Assembly (NCBI GenBank): GCA_026914245.1
Contig: CP110439.1
Location: forward strand, 6,510,001-6,574,000
Direction of reading: 5' to 3'
DNA: 64,000 nt
DNA from: Puccinia triticina
Taxonomy: Eukaryota
Of this stretch, positions 50,860 through 64,000 are shown piece after piece (the stretch's first letter is position 1; the number at the start of each line of letters is the position of its first letter). Below the pieces are notes generated by a model. That model was not told where the DNA came from. It saw only the letters and a program-made list of their open reading frames with translations, and did not search any database. Made by a program: the position numbers and the translations under genes.

Positions 50860-52070
50860 TAATCAGAGCCTCTTTCATACTTATACATATCCTAAACCAT
50901 GTACATCAACATATCTATCTCAGCCGGAATTCTAAGTCCAGCCACCCTTTGTATCCTCTTGGAACCCGACAAGCTCATCTAATGAAACTCCTTAAATCCT
51001 ATCCTGCAGCTCCTTCTTCTTTGCCAAGCCGTTCCATCCCTTGGTCTATAAATATACCTCCTTCTCTCTGCAATGGAACATTAAATCAGTTTGCTTGCAT
51101 CTTTCCTGATCTTGAAACCGGCCAGCATCACAAAGGCTAGCAGTCAAAATTGTAAATATTACAAGACCAATTGGACTGCACTCAATTTTGCCAATTGTTT
51201 TCTCTTTTGTTGTTTTGGATGGAATTTGGCTTGTTCCGGATGGAATTGATTTGATGAGGAGCCCCAAAAGACAGCATAGAAAAAAGCACAATGTTAAAAC
51301 CCCGCAAAGCAGGGGGACTGCTGAATAAAAAACTTGTGCCCGGCCAGCCAGCTTTTGGCTATTGGTGGGACTTGGGAGAAAAATATCCCTGCGGTTTTGG
51401 TGGGACTTAGAAAAAAAAACCCTGCCAAGAGGTTTCAGGTTTTTTTGGGACTTGGCAAAAAAAAGCAGGTTACCTGAACCACTTATGAATCAAAAATTCT
51501 GCTGTTCTAGTTCATTCATTGTGCACACAGAAAATCTCAGGAAAAATGGTGCTGTTCTTGTTCATTTGTTACGCACATCACAGTCATTCTCAACCACAAT
51601 CCAGATTTATTTCCCAACAAGAGCACAAAATATCATCTTGACCATAATACATAATAATGTGTATTTTCCTTTTTTAAGAGCTATTTTCATGGGATAGAAA
51701 ATAATTCTCTTTGATAAGATATTCTCTTTGATAAGATATTTTCTTTGATAAGATATTTTAGAAAACTTGATGAATACTTGATTGAAATAAGCTCATTTTG
51801 CTCAGCCTGACAACATTCTATTGTGCTTGTTTTCTTAGATCAACATTTGATTTGTGTCTTCTCAAAAGCATAATTGTACCAAATGCAGGCCACAACATAT
51901 GTGTTTCACAAAATGATCAAAAATTATGGCTTTCTACCTACTGGAAACAGTTTGGAATATTTCAGCACCTTGCAAATGCAGCTTCTGCAGTTGATCTGCT
52001 GCAGATTGGCAAAGTCTTGACTCAAGATGATGATGTGGCTCAAATTTCTTCACCAGGTGTGCATCTATAA

Positions 52071-52925
52071 TTGTATTCTCTTCCAGCCAATTGCGTGTGG
52101 AGGGGCATGAACTGGTGCTTAAAAAACATTAACTCAAATATAAGTCTAGATTCTATTTTTCACAGCACTTATCTTGCAGAGAGGTGCATTTTGACACCAT
52201 CAAATTATGACTCCAGGTTGATTAATGTTCAAATGCTGGTTTCAGTTCTTGGTGAAAAGATGGAGTCAATTTCTGTTGATAAGCCCAACAAAGAGGCTAT
52301 GGATACCCTGCATCCTGAATGTCTAGCTAAAATTAACTTGCAAGGATTCCCAGAGCACCAGCTGAATCTTCAAGCTGGAGCTCTGGTCAGTAGTTGTGTT
52401 GTTGAGGAATCTCAGCATTAATGAGGGATTGTTGTTGGTACTAGATTCCTACTTCTTAGGATCCACCAAAACACAATATAGGGTCTGATTCTCACAGGGC
52501 CCCTTAAGGGTAAAGAAGTAACTTTCCAAAGACAAAATTCTTTCAAGGGTGATTCATACATTATATCATTCTACAAGCATCAATTTCCAGTTGCATTGAC
52601 ATTTGCCATGACCGTCAATATGTACCAATGACAAAGCATGTAGCATGTAGTCTTGGTTCTGTAAAGTCAAGTTTTTGATCATGGTCAATTGTATGTGGGC
52701 TCTCATGTGTGCAGGATGTAGTCAATTTGGAAGAAGACCCCCAATCAAAAGTTGTGAATGTTGTAAGAAAATGTGCATTTTTGTAATCATAGTTTTTGAG
52801 TAATCCAATATATTATTCTTGATACAAGAATGATGTTTTTTTGGCGCTGGTATGTAGTACTGGAGAACATGAGAAAATTGTGGCCTGGAGAGCTTGGCGG
52901 CGGCGAAGCCGCCTATGAACTCTAG
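52071..52925 (+). mobile_element. Helitron 3' remnant with degraded PIF1-like helicase
   Basis: CILTPSN, GFPEHQLNL, HQFPVALTFAMTVN and HGQLYV with stops and frameshifts. Hairpin GGCGGC-GAA-GCCGCC (52899-52913), then CTAG (52922-52925) and T. Confidence 0.9.
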
Positions 52926-53201
52926 TTAAAGAAATACATGACATACGTTACATGTATCTTCAAATTCCACAGCGTGAAGCTCCCCAAAAGAAGTGCAAAA
53001 CTGGACATTCTGACAGAAGAGAATAAAAGGATAGGTCAGGATTGAAAAACAGATCGATCCCCGGAACGGACGATGGAAGACGAGTATATGAGATTGTTTA
53101 CGGGTGATAGTAAATGACGATAGTAAATCACGGGTGATAGTAATGATACCTCAGGGTGCTTAAGGAGAATTTGTAAATGTGAGAAAAGAAGCAATCAGCG
53201 A

Positions 53202-54034
53202 TCAGTCTAATAATGATCTTTGTGAGCAATTCAACTGACTTTGGACCCGAGGCTCTTCGAGCGGAGCAATAAATCTCTCCCAAATTCCTCTGAGTCGTGC
53301 GTCCCATCCATTCGGACCGGTCAACCTGGGTGCAGGAATCCACACCGGCGAGTTGTCTTCTGGATTGGGTCCAGGGATTGCATTAGGCAAGGGTTCGGGC
53401 TCAGGTTTATACTCTTGCCCTGTGAATTTCGCCCATCTTTCAAGGGTCCACTCCTTTTCTATATGATCCTCACAGACCAACAGAAGTCAGCATTTTGAAA
53501 GCATGTCAGATGAAGAGAAGTTAAAATATTTGCGCACCCGAATGGAAATATATGGGGACAAGAGATGTGCTGCCGGCAACCTGGCAGCTAGATGGATCCA
53601 ACTCGTATTTTTGGGTCGCTTTGAGAGCCACTTGCGGCTGCTCGACATAAATCTCACGGCCTGGAGGAACTTTTCCGTCAAATTTTGCCAAATCGAGTTA
53701 GTCTGTGATCACACTTTCAACATGCTCGAAATAGGTTCTTTCAGAATAACCTACAGATAGAATTGAATGTACGGGCAAGACTTTGCGGCGGAGGTGGACT
53801 GTCACAAGGGGGGTTACAGGGGGCAGGCATAGGGTTGTCTTCGGTGGAAGACGCCTCGGAGTACCAACTGTCGGACAACTCTGACGGAGTTGGCCCGGAA
53901 GAAGATTCATCAGGCCTACAATGCTTTGGAGAATCCCTGGATTTGTCTGGGAGGGTACGAGGTTTATCGGACTTTTTAGGTCGAGAAAAACGAGAAGGCT
54001 TTGATAGTGCGCTTTTTGCTCTTGCGTGCCGCAT
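53202..54034 (-). CDS. Possible multi-exon hypothetical protein
   Basis: Three adjacent protein-like minus-strand ORFs (54034-53741, 53681-53487, 53480-53202) separated by intron-sized gaps in non-repetitive DNA. Splice phases could not be reconciled. Confidence 0.35.
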
Positions 54035-57000
54035 TTCTAAATCACTAGGTCTGACTGGTTATCAAGAAATTATTAGTATGGATAAGATCGAGCAGATAAA
54101 GTTGAGCGATGGGGACAGAGTGCCCAGTAATTCGTCGGTGAGTGAGGCTTTAAAAAGACCACGACGGATAAATACTCGGGTCAATAAATGACGACGGCCA
54201 AATCCAAGGGCCAGCGGGTAAAAATAAGTACATGATCCTGTGATGTTCTACCGAGAATTTTCTGAGCTGGCCAAGTCAAGAATCGATGTATACCTCCCTT
54301 AAGCTGCTGAATTCTACAAGATGACAAAAAAGCGACTGTTACAGCTATCTTCTCCACTTCGATTTTCCCTCCTGATGCGCAGTGCCGCGCCAAACCAGAG
54401 TTACATGCCGAAAAACCAAAGGGCCTGTCCTGCTCGAATGAGGTATTTCCCGAACTACAATCATGGATAAGAAGCAGACGAGGAGTGATTTCTGAGACTT
54501 CGTTTGGTCTGCAAGAATATGTACGCACTCTCTTGCCTTTATGTCCCGGACTCTAGCTGGTTTTACATGAGAAAATGTCATACATACATGTACACCGATA
54601 TGGAGCAAATATTCTGCCATCACTCATATCTACTGTATTCGCCTAACAACCGCTAATCGAAGCGTGATTTGTTTGGAAACACGAACATCTCTTCTTCGAA
54701 GGATGAAGTCATGACGGGTAAGCCGCAGGCGCACGCACGCCTCCAGTCGTCCTGTTTGAACATTCTAGAGGTTGCGCTCTAGACTAAGAGATTTGATCAA
54801 GTTCTTTGGGTAGAGAATACCTTTCTTTAGCATGAGTGCTGCAATAGGGTCACATAGTCAACCCAAGATAACTCTATCAGGCGATTATTTATAGGGGGTT
54901 AGCAGCAGCCTGACACATCACAATGGACAGTTTGATATCAGCCGATCCGTTAGAACTTGGAAGAGCTCGCCCGTCCGAAGAGGTCGTCCGTTAAGGAGAA
55001 TGTGGCTCACACCTTTTATAATCCTTAGAACATTTTTCAATTTCGTTGGACCCGCGTTAAGCTGGCGGAATCCTGGCAAACCGTCAGAATTTGAGAAAAG
55101 TAGGTCGTGTAGGCTTTGTCGAGTTTTGCAAGTGTCGATTGAACATTTGTCAAGGTAGTTGCGGTTAAGTCGGCTTGACTGAACCCTCAGACTCCATGAT
55201 TGAATTCTGAGCTCACCAAACTTTCCGCGATTTATAAGGTTTGGAGTAGAAAAAAACCACGGCAGCAATAATTCCCTCAGCCAGCAGCCTCTGGCTTCCT
55301 GGGCGCTCCAGGAGTATTCGATGTGTATCAGGCGTCGAGCGCTGCATGATGGGGATAACCGTCGCGAAATAATCTGTTCATGAACTGATCGAAGAATATC
55401 ACAACCCTGACTGAGCCCCTCCCCCCCTTACCGATAAGTTTCGCATTTTGATAAGTTACGACCTATGTGAATGAGACCAACGTGTACTGTCCTCTTCACT
55501 TCATACGACAGAGATGACCAGCAGAATAGAGTTCCCCGGATTAGAAAAACAGCGTGACTGAGTGAAAAACACCAATGCCAAATGTCCCAGCCAATGATCT
55601 GTTTTGCTTCCCTTGTGAGACTATCTTTCACATTCAACTCCACCTCACACCGCCTCTTGATACTACTTTGCCCAGATTTCAAAAAAGAGGAATTAGTAAG
55701 GACATGTCCCGAAATTTGATCTATTCGCTCTGCTTTTTTAGATTATCCTGTCCTTTGGGATTCCACCAAAAATGAAGCACTATCCAAAACACCGGACAGA
55801 AAGAAGGGCTTGATTTTACACTATTTCCCAAGGTGAGATCTGTCAGTAAGTCTATAAATAAAGATTCACTGCGGATTATTAGGATGGTTTTTATTTTCTT
55901 AGGGTCGATGTACGTAGAACAACGGCCTCATGTATTGTATTGTTGTGATCATAACGAACACTTGTTTCATGTCACGACTGCGATTCCTACCAGTACATAC
56001 CGTTTTTATCACGTCGCTCAATCAAATAGGTCCGTATCTTGTTCTCGATATTCGTCACTGTTTATTTTGCATTTCAGCTGAAAGGGTCTACCTTAGAAAG
56101 GCAGTCTTCTCGATTGAGCCTGTAAATTTGTTCTTGCTGTATGGTCAGAACGAAGGCTGTCCACAAGACGCGGGAATGACGAGAACAAATATAAGTTGTT
56201 GTCTGGTGAAATGCTTGAGTTAGTTAGAAATAGGTCGTGAAGTCAAAAAAAAAGTTTGCGGCAAGCCACACTCTCGATGCGATATCAAGGCATCGGCGCA
56301 ACTGATCCCAAAAGGTGATAGCTGAGTTCGTTGGGATAAGAGGAGAAGAATTGAAGTAGATTGTCTGAAGCTTTCTGGGAGATACGCCAGAGCGAGGCTT
56401 TTTTTGCCACTTGTAAGCCGAGCGAGGCATCCAGCATTTTCGATATGTGCGAAGGGATGAGTATATGCCTTTTCTCTGGGTGATCAAGTCGAACGGCCTG
56501 CAGGCGTAAGAAAAACAGGTTATGGGGGGTGAGCAGATTGACGGCCGGAACCTTTCTTCGTTTGGAGCCTGGGATGCCGATCGGGCGGGCTCGGGCCGTG
56601 ATATTATCGGGCGGGCCGGGCCGGTTTTACCAAATGGCCGCCCGCCCCGAACCCATCTAGCTGGCGGCCCGCCCAGCCAAAACTTTGAGAATGTGATTTT
56701 TTCTTCTTTTTTTTCATCAGGATAGGGTTATTTGAGCCTATCAAATACTCCCTTAAGTCTGCAGGTCAAGGTATCATGGGTACACCGCCCCGGGTACCGC
56801 TGGTACGGCCATCCCTAACTCCCTAGAGATAGTAGCTAGTCATAAACAAAAGAAAAAATATAGCTAATGGCCTAATAGGCATAAATCAATATTGCTTTTC
56901 CCGGTGTTAGAAGCCGGGCGCATGCTGAGACGATGGCGGCCAACTTGATTGAGCCGGTGGGAATCTACATAGCTGATGGTGACCAGTTCCGGTCGGTAGT

Positions 57001-59015
57001 TGAAGGCACTGGACACCAGCGGGGCACCCCGGGGGAATGGGGGGGCAACAGGCTGCCTGCGCTGGCCCGACATCTGTCACGGGTCTCTCGGGCCGGATTT
57101 CCCTAAAAAGGCGGCCCACGCCTGGCCCGAACTTAACTAAAGTCCCTCTCTCGCCTGAGGCTTTGCCGGAGGGACTTATGACTTATCAGGAATTCTCGCG
57201 TGAGAGAACCAGATATTTCAGCCCTCATTTCGTTACATCCACCGTATCTCATGTAATTCTCAACCATCATTCACAAGACCAACTTTTTATACATTGCATG
57301 CTTTTTCTTATATTTTACACATTTTTCAGATTGTCTATTTCTTAACTCAAAGTTTTTAAACATTTGATTGAGAAAAGAATAATTCAATAAAAGTACAGCG
57401 CTTTGGCTGAGCGCGCTTGGACCTTTTCTAGTGTGTGATCCGGTCAATTTCTTCAAAAATGAGACTTTTCTAAAAATAAAAGAGGGATGAAGATTGAGGC
57501 AAGGGAGTCTAAAATTATATGAGAAGGAGGGGCAGATGCAGGTGTACCATCCACCAAAATCTTAAAAGGTTTACAATGGGGACAGTCAAGACGTCGTAAA
57601 GTTATAAACCTTACCTGTAACTGCAATGGTTCTCACACACAATGTAGTAACAGCCTCATCATGGGCTTACACCATACTTGTATCACCTTAGTGTGCAATG
57701 TCAAATCAATAAGCAATTTAAAAAAAAAAGACCAAACTTTTTTTCATCAAAAATTTCACCAAGAGGTGTCCTTGATGACTGGAATGGACATGTCATCAAG
57801 AGGTCCCCCCCTTGATGACCGGAACAGGTTGGTCATTGAGGGGAGGAGTAGGACCTCTCAATGACCAGAACAGCAATGACTGACCTGTTCCGGTCATCAA
57901 AAAGGTTGGTCATGGTCATTGAGGGTGCTCCCCCAATGACCAGCACGCACTTGTCATTGAGGAGAGTAACAACTTCCCTTGATGATTGCACCAGGGACCG
58001 TCCTTGATGACCGGTCTATGGTCAGTCATTGAGGGCAGCTGAAAGCGGGCCCAGGGCCAGGGGTCCGGGGTTTACCCAATTAACCCATTGGGGGAAAGCC
58101 GTACTTGGGGGTGGTACCCGGCTACCACACCGCTTTTTTTAAAAAAAAAAAAACCCCGGCACCGCCTGGCGGGTGCGGGCAGTACCTGCCCGCGGGTGCC
58201 GGGTACCAGTTGACATTCTTTATGCTCATCACCCTCCAGTCACTCTTTGTCACGCTGTTCTCCTTGAGTTGCTTGCCCTTTGCAAGCCTACTGAACAGCT
58301 TGGAAAGAGCACAGTTGAGCCAGTGGCGGACCATTTTGGTGAATGCACCAGTGCTCAATATTGGAGAGGCACCCTGGAAGTGGGGTTTCCCTAGCAAAAA
58401 GATTGATACCGTACTGCAACATTTTTGTTGCTGAGGCGTTGAGGGTTGGTTTTATTGGATGGTGGTGGAGGGCCGGATGCTAGTTGACTGCTCTGGGGCT
58501 GGCCGGGTGCACTTGACTACTGGCTGCTGTGGCCAAGATGATTGTCAATGGCAACATCATGGCCTTGGAGCGGTAAAAACAGAAGGACAGCAATGGTGGA
58601 AAGCCTTGAACATTGGGAAAAAATCCAGGAAAATCCTGCAGATCCGCCCAAGGATTCTTCAAAACACAAGAAGTGTATATGTATAATATCACTTATGGGA
58701 TTGAGACACTGAAATAATATTATTTCACACTGACTGCAGATTTGGCTGGTTCTGAAACAGAATAACCAATTGGCAAAAGAGTGATGTGCTCTGGAGGGAA
58801 TGACATCAGTTTCATTGTAGATCAAGGATCAGACTTGGGGTGAGTTCTTGACCAAATCTATGTGAAGCAAGACAAACAACTAAAGAAAACATTTTTTATT
58901 TTACCTCAAAGTAGATTAACAAAATTACTCATCAATAACTATTCCCAAAAGCTCCTTAATTGTATAAGCTCACTAGACAGTGAGTTGTTCAATTTAATGA
59001 GAATACTGAAGCCAA

Positions 59016-59423
59016 CAACAATGGGAAGTTACATTATCCGTAACAAAAAGTAATGGATAACGTAACTAAATTGGTGCCGTTATCCTTGCGCTAACGGCAG
59101 CATTGTTTTAGTTACGTTATTTTTTGATTTTTTTTCTGTTTTATTAGACCCGTTACGTTATCCCCCGCAATCTGAGGAGGATAACGTGCGGATAACGCGG
59201 GTTTTTTGCCTATTTTACGGTGCTTTTACGCCAGATAACGCGGTTAGCGCGTTATCGGCGTTATTTTTTGCGGCATCAAGGCGGAAATTCGCCTCTGTTA
59301 CGTTATCCAAAATAGCGCAGGAATATTTCACCAGATAACGATAACGCGTTATCTGGTAACGGTGGGAAGTTACGTTACAAAAATCCCGCTGGATAACGTA
59401 ACGTAAGTAACTTCCCATTGTTG
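59016..59423. mobile_element. MITE with 7-bp TSD
   Basis: CAACAATGGGAAGTTAC...GTAACTTCCCATTGTTG (17-bp perfect TIR), TSD AAGCCAA, many GATAACG/CGTTATC subterminal repeats. Confidence 0.9.
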
Positions 59424-60309
59424 AAGCCAAGCAAGAAGACAAAGTAATGACAAGTAATTACTTATACTCTCAGGTAACGTTGAGAAGTCTAGATAAGACC
59501 ATTGCATTGCGGTTTTCAATATCAAACTTATCATTAAAGTAATGTCAAATTCTAAAAGATCAAAGTATAAATGAATCATTAACACTAATATATATAATTT
59601 TTACTCTTTTAGATTATATCTTACAAATCAGAAGAAACAAAGAGACAGAAGATTATCCCGGTAGTAGAATATTAGTGTTATTCATTATTTATCCTCAGAT
59701 AGCAGTAAGATTATTATCTGCCTTAAGGTACTATTTTATCTATTTTATTTCTTCAAATAATTTCACTTAAAAGATATTGATCAAAAGAAATAAACCTTTA
59801 GTTGTCTGAATTCTTTCACTGCAGAGCCTCTTTGGCCGGAAGGAATCCCTTTTGGTCATCAGGGTTGTACAGCCTCTTTGACTGCAAGGAATCCCTTCCA
59901 GTTTAGAGCTGGCCCCTAGTACCCAGTTGCAGGTACTAGGCACCCATGGGCCAGGTGCGGGTGTCTGTTTTTTCCCCAAAACAATTGGTGGGTACCCGTC
60001 CAGGTACTCGCCAGATACCCGTCCAGCCTACCAGGGAATACAGCTAGCTGCGCGGCTTGCCTGCTACAAAGCTTTCCTGGTCACAGTACGGGGGACAGCG
60101 GGGTACCTGCACTGCAGGAAGCCCGCCACCAACTCCAATCCATCAGGACCTCTGCTCACAGCCTCACTCCTGACTGCCCAATCAAAACACCTCACATTGT
60201 TATGGTGCAAAGCAAGAAGCAATCTAACCCCTCACCCAGATCCCCGGAATCAAGTGACAGTTGTGTACTTATCCCACATTTAAACAAGAAAATTAAAACA
60301 GTATTCAAT

Positions 60310-63300
60310 TGTGAGCCTGAGTCTCTATAGTGACAGCAGGGCACAAGAAAGAAGGGGGGAATATTTGGATTTCTTTGGATAAAGAGAATAAAAATATAAG
60401 AGAGAGAGAGAAAGAGAGAGAGAAACTGAGCAGGATCAAGGTAAACAGATATTCAAGGTTATTCTGGTGGGAATGCACGTCCACTGGCAATGCTACCTCT
60501 TCAGAAGAGTGCTGCCAAGCTGTGCTAGAGAGTGCTACAGCCTCCTCTCACCAAAGAAACGTGGAGGGTCTCTGGATTAGACAAGTTTAATCCAGCCACA
60601 ATTTTTTAGCTTCCTTCTGGATAGTCAAGGTTCTTTAAAGGGAAACCTATGTGGTTTGTTTCTTGCAAAAACCACAGAAAAACAATGCAGATATGAAGGG
60701 ACAGCCCTGTGATCAAGAATGAGGCAAAGGCCAGCAAAGAAGAGCAGATCAAGCAAGACACAGAGTTGTACCTCTGAGATAAGCAAGGTTCAGTGAAAGA
60801 GGTTACTTACTGTCAATATCTTAGGCGCCTGTGACAGTAGGTATACTGGGAGTGTTGTGAACTCTTTGGTGGTGATCCTGGGTTATCTGGGGTGTGTTTC
60901 TGGTGTGCTGAAGTCTGTAGATCCGCCTCAGGCAAGGGGGATCCTGACTACGAAAATTTTCACAGTTTGCTTATGTAATTTACATATGTACATGTGGTTT
61001 GGCGCGCCTAGTAGCGCTGACACGTCACAACTGCGCAAGGGCGCTACAACTCAGTAACTCAGGGAAGGAGTATAGTTACAATGAATTGGTAAGTTGTAAC
61101 TAGGGTTAAAATTGCATGAGGAAACAGAATATGAAGTCAAAACAGGGATATCTCTTAAGATGAAAAAGATATAAAGTAATTCTTATGTAAAAAGTAGAAA
61201 AAGGCAGACTTTAGGTCAGCTGAGTTGACTCTGAGGCTGACATTCCCTACCACCAAAAGGGTTGGATTTCTGTAAGAAATTAAACCACAGGGCTAGACCT
61301 CTTCTCACTTCTGAATTTCCTGAGAAGGATAGCAGAGTCTGGAATGTCCTTCTCAAGGAGCCATTCATCATGATCAGCACTCATGCCTTTGTATCTAGCC
61401 AAGTGCATCATAACATCTCTGTTCTCTACTCTCAATCTCTTGTCTCTGAGAATCTTCTGTATGACTTTACTCTGAGGGGTCTTATCCATGGGGGGAATAA
61501 CAACTTTAACTTTCTGTCTCAAGGGGAACTTATCTTGATTGGGGTCTCTGTATGGTTTCACCAAGCTGACAGGGAATGTAGGATGTTTCCTGCTAAACTC
61601 TTCAGTCAGAATCACTTCTACAGCATTCTTTCCATGTAAAGCTTTCACAAGGAATGGTCCAGTAAAGGAGTCTCTCATCTTCTTAGGGCCAGACAAGTTG
61701 TTGAAGTTTGCTGTGGATATCAGGACTTTATTACCAACTTTGAAGGATAGTTCTTTGTGAGTCTTGTCCCATCTTTCTTTATTGTAAGATGTAGCTTCTG
61801 TTATGCATTGCTCAGCATGTTTTCTAGCTTTCTCAAAGATTTTCCCATAGGCAAGAGCAGTAGGATGAATGTCTACAGAGTCTCGTTTCAAGAAATTCCT
61901 GGGAAGGTTTGGGATCCAGCCTTTCTCCAGGATGGCCGGAGGTTTTCCAGTGGTTGAATGAATGCTGGTGCAATATGCTAGCTCAAGGATTGGTAGAAGT
62001 GAAACCCAGTCATGAGTGTAACCATCATTGTCTTTGAATTCTAGACCATATGCACAAAACCTCCTGATCATATCTTCCAGTGTTTGAATCATTCTTTCAG
62101 CTAATCCATCAGTCTGGGGGTGGTAATCAGTGGAGAAGGAGAGTTTGGTTCCTAGCATACTATGTAAACCAGTCCAGAATTCAGATGTGAACTTAGGATC
62201 TCTGTCAGAGATGATGATTCTGGGGATGCCAGTTCTAGGCATTACTCTGTTCCAAAACAGTATGGCAGTGTCCATGGCAGAATCATCCTTGAAGTAGGGT
62301 ACAAATATTGGGGTCTTAGAGTATCTTTCTACTATTACCAGACAAGCATTGAAACTAGCAGCTCCTCCAGGGGAAAAGGAAGTTACCCAATCCATGTTGA
62401 TCACATCCCATGGCTTTGAAGGTTCTTCAATTTTCATGAGCAGTCCAAATCTCTTGCCTGTGGCTTTATTGGCTTTCTGGCATCTATCACAGCAAGAGCA
62501 GTATTCACCAGTGTCTTGTCTCCAGTTAGCCCACCAGGCTGTATCAGCCAATTTCTCCAATGTCCTGTCTTCAGAAAGATGACCAGAGTAGACACTGTCA
62601 TGGCATTCATGGAAGATGGTGTTGATACTTTCTTTGTCAGCTAGGACTAATACAGAATTATGTTTTTCTCTGAAGTAGATGAGGCCATCAAATATAGAGA
62701 ATCTTCCTTCATCATATAGCTTTCTCCAAGGATCTTGTAGAGAATTTTTCAGCTGGGCATCTTTAGCATCTTTCAACAAAAGTTCAGACAATATAGCAGT
62801 GTTTTTATCTTGCTTGTAACCTTCTCTTACTGAGTCAAAGAACTCATTCTTGAAAGTAGAGACATGGATGCCCATGATGGGGAATCTATCATCATCTTTG
62901 TCTTCTGGGTCATAAGCAGGGTTACTAGGATCATTTGGCAAGGCCCATCTGCTAAGTCCATCCGCATTCTTTTGAATATTCCCATCTCTGTGGATTATAG
63001 TCATGTTACCTCTGTATTCCTGAATAGCAATCTGCCATCTGAGCATGTGTCTTTTGGGAGTCTTCATGTTTAGCAGTGATCTCAAAGCTGTGCAATCTGT
63101 TACAACATGAAATACACTGCCATCCAAGTAGCAATGAAGTTTCTCTAGGGCCCAAACCAGGCATAAGCATTCAAGTTGGCTGGCACCATATCTTGTTTCA
63201 CTGTCCTTTAGTTGTCTGGATATGAAAACAATAGGTCCCTCTTTTCTTACTCCATCAATGACTTGGACTTGATGTAAAGCAGCACCTAAACCAGTCATAC

Positions 63301-64000
63301 TAGCATCTACCTATAGTGTGAAAGGATGGGCCCAGTCAGGAAACAGTAGCAATGGAGCTGTTTTCAGTTTCTCTTTTAACAAGTTGTAGGCTACTATCCT
63401 ATGATGAGTCATCTCATATATGACATCAATCCTTGTGAGCTCAGTTAGAGGTTTTGCTATCTCTGCAAACTTCTCATTGTGTTGTCTGTAGTACTCAGCA
63501 AAACCAAGAAATGATTGCATCTCTTTCCTACTACTAGGCACAGGCTTTTGGAGGACAGCAGCTACTTTATTCTGGTCTATTCCTATTGCAATTCCAGAGA
63601 CAAGATGGCCTAGAGCTTTGATCTGATCAAATCCAAAGTTACACTTCTTCAGGGAGATTTTCATGTTCATGTTGATGACAACTTTCAGTATCCTGTCTAT
63701 CCTGTTGAGGTGTTCTTCCCAAGTGTTGGACATAATGATGATATCATCAATGTAGATAATGACCCACTTCTCATCAATCTCTTTTCTGAACTCAATGTCC
63801 ATCATTCTCTGGAAATGAGAGGGGGAATTCTTGATCCCAAAAGGCATTCTCAGGTATTCATAGATTCCTTTGTGCATAATAATCCTGAGCAGGTGCCTGG
63901 AATCTTCTGCAATGACATTCTGGTGGAAACCTTTGAGTACATCCATACTAGTCAGATACTTAGCTTTGGCTAGGTTGTTCAGAGTATCACTGATCTTGGG
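60310..64000 (-). mobile_element. Ty3/Gypsy element (partial): RT-RH-IN-chromodomain and 3' LTR 61242-60310
   Basis: LTR TGTCAGCC...GGCTCACA on the minus strand, preceded by PPT GGTGGTAGGGAA. Runs off the window. Confidence 0.93.
61280..64000 (-). pseudogene. Gypsy pol with one in-frame TAG at 63311-63313
   Basis: [33 protein letters not shown], and chromodomain-like [13 protein letters not shown]. Confidence 0.9.

Noticed and set aside
54200..56500. Additional host gene
   Set aside because: Only short ORFs, with no recognisable domain or consistent exon chain.

Overview
Eukaryotic DNA with GT-AG introns, most likely from a rust fungus (Pucciniales). That assignment is inferred from the TE families and a TpCpG-biased C>T mutation pattern. 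About 80% of the window is transposable elements. Positions ~4.9-42.4 kb form one nested stack that can be dismantled base by base using target-site duplications (TSDs): a probable TIR element > Ty1/Copia > gag-only LTR element > non-coding CACTA element carrying a 173-bp satellite > second gag-only LTR element > solo LTR > pol-only Gypsy > truncated hAT. A side branch inside the Copia is a non-autonomous LTR element. It contains a CACTG MITE and a 2.57-kb insert with no LTRs or TIRs, which carries an intact 3-exon gene and hairpin-rich ends. The only confident host gene is a 4-exon GPI mannosyltransferase I (GPI14/PIG-M) on the minus strand. Also present: two Helitron 3' remnants, a (TTTTC)n tract, several MITEs and a chromodomain Gypsy running off the right edge. 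All coordinates were read by eye; no database searches were run.
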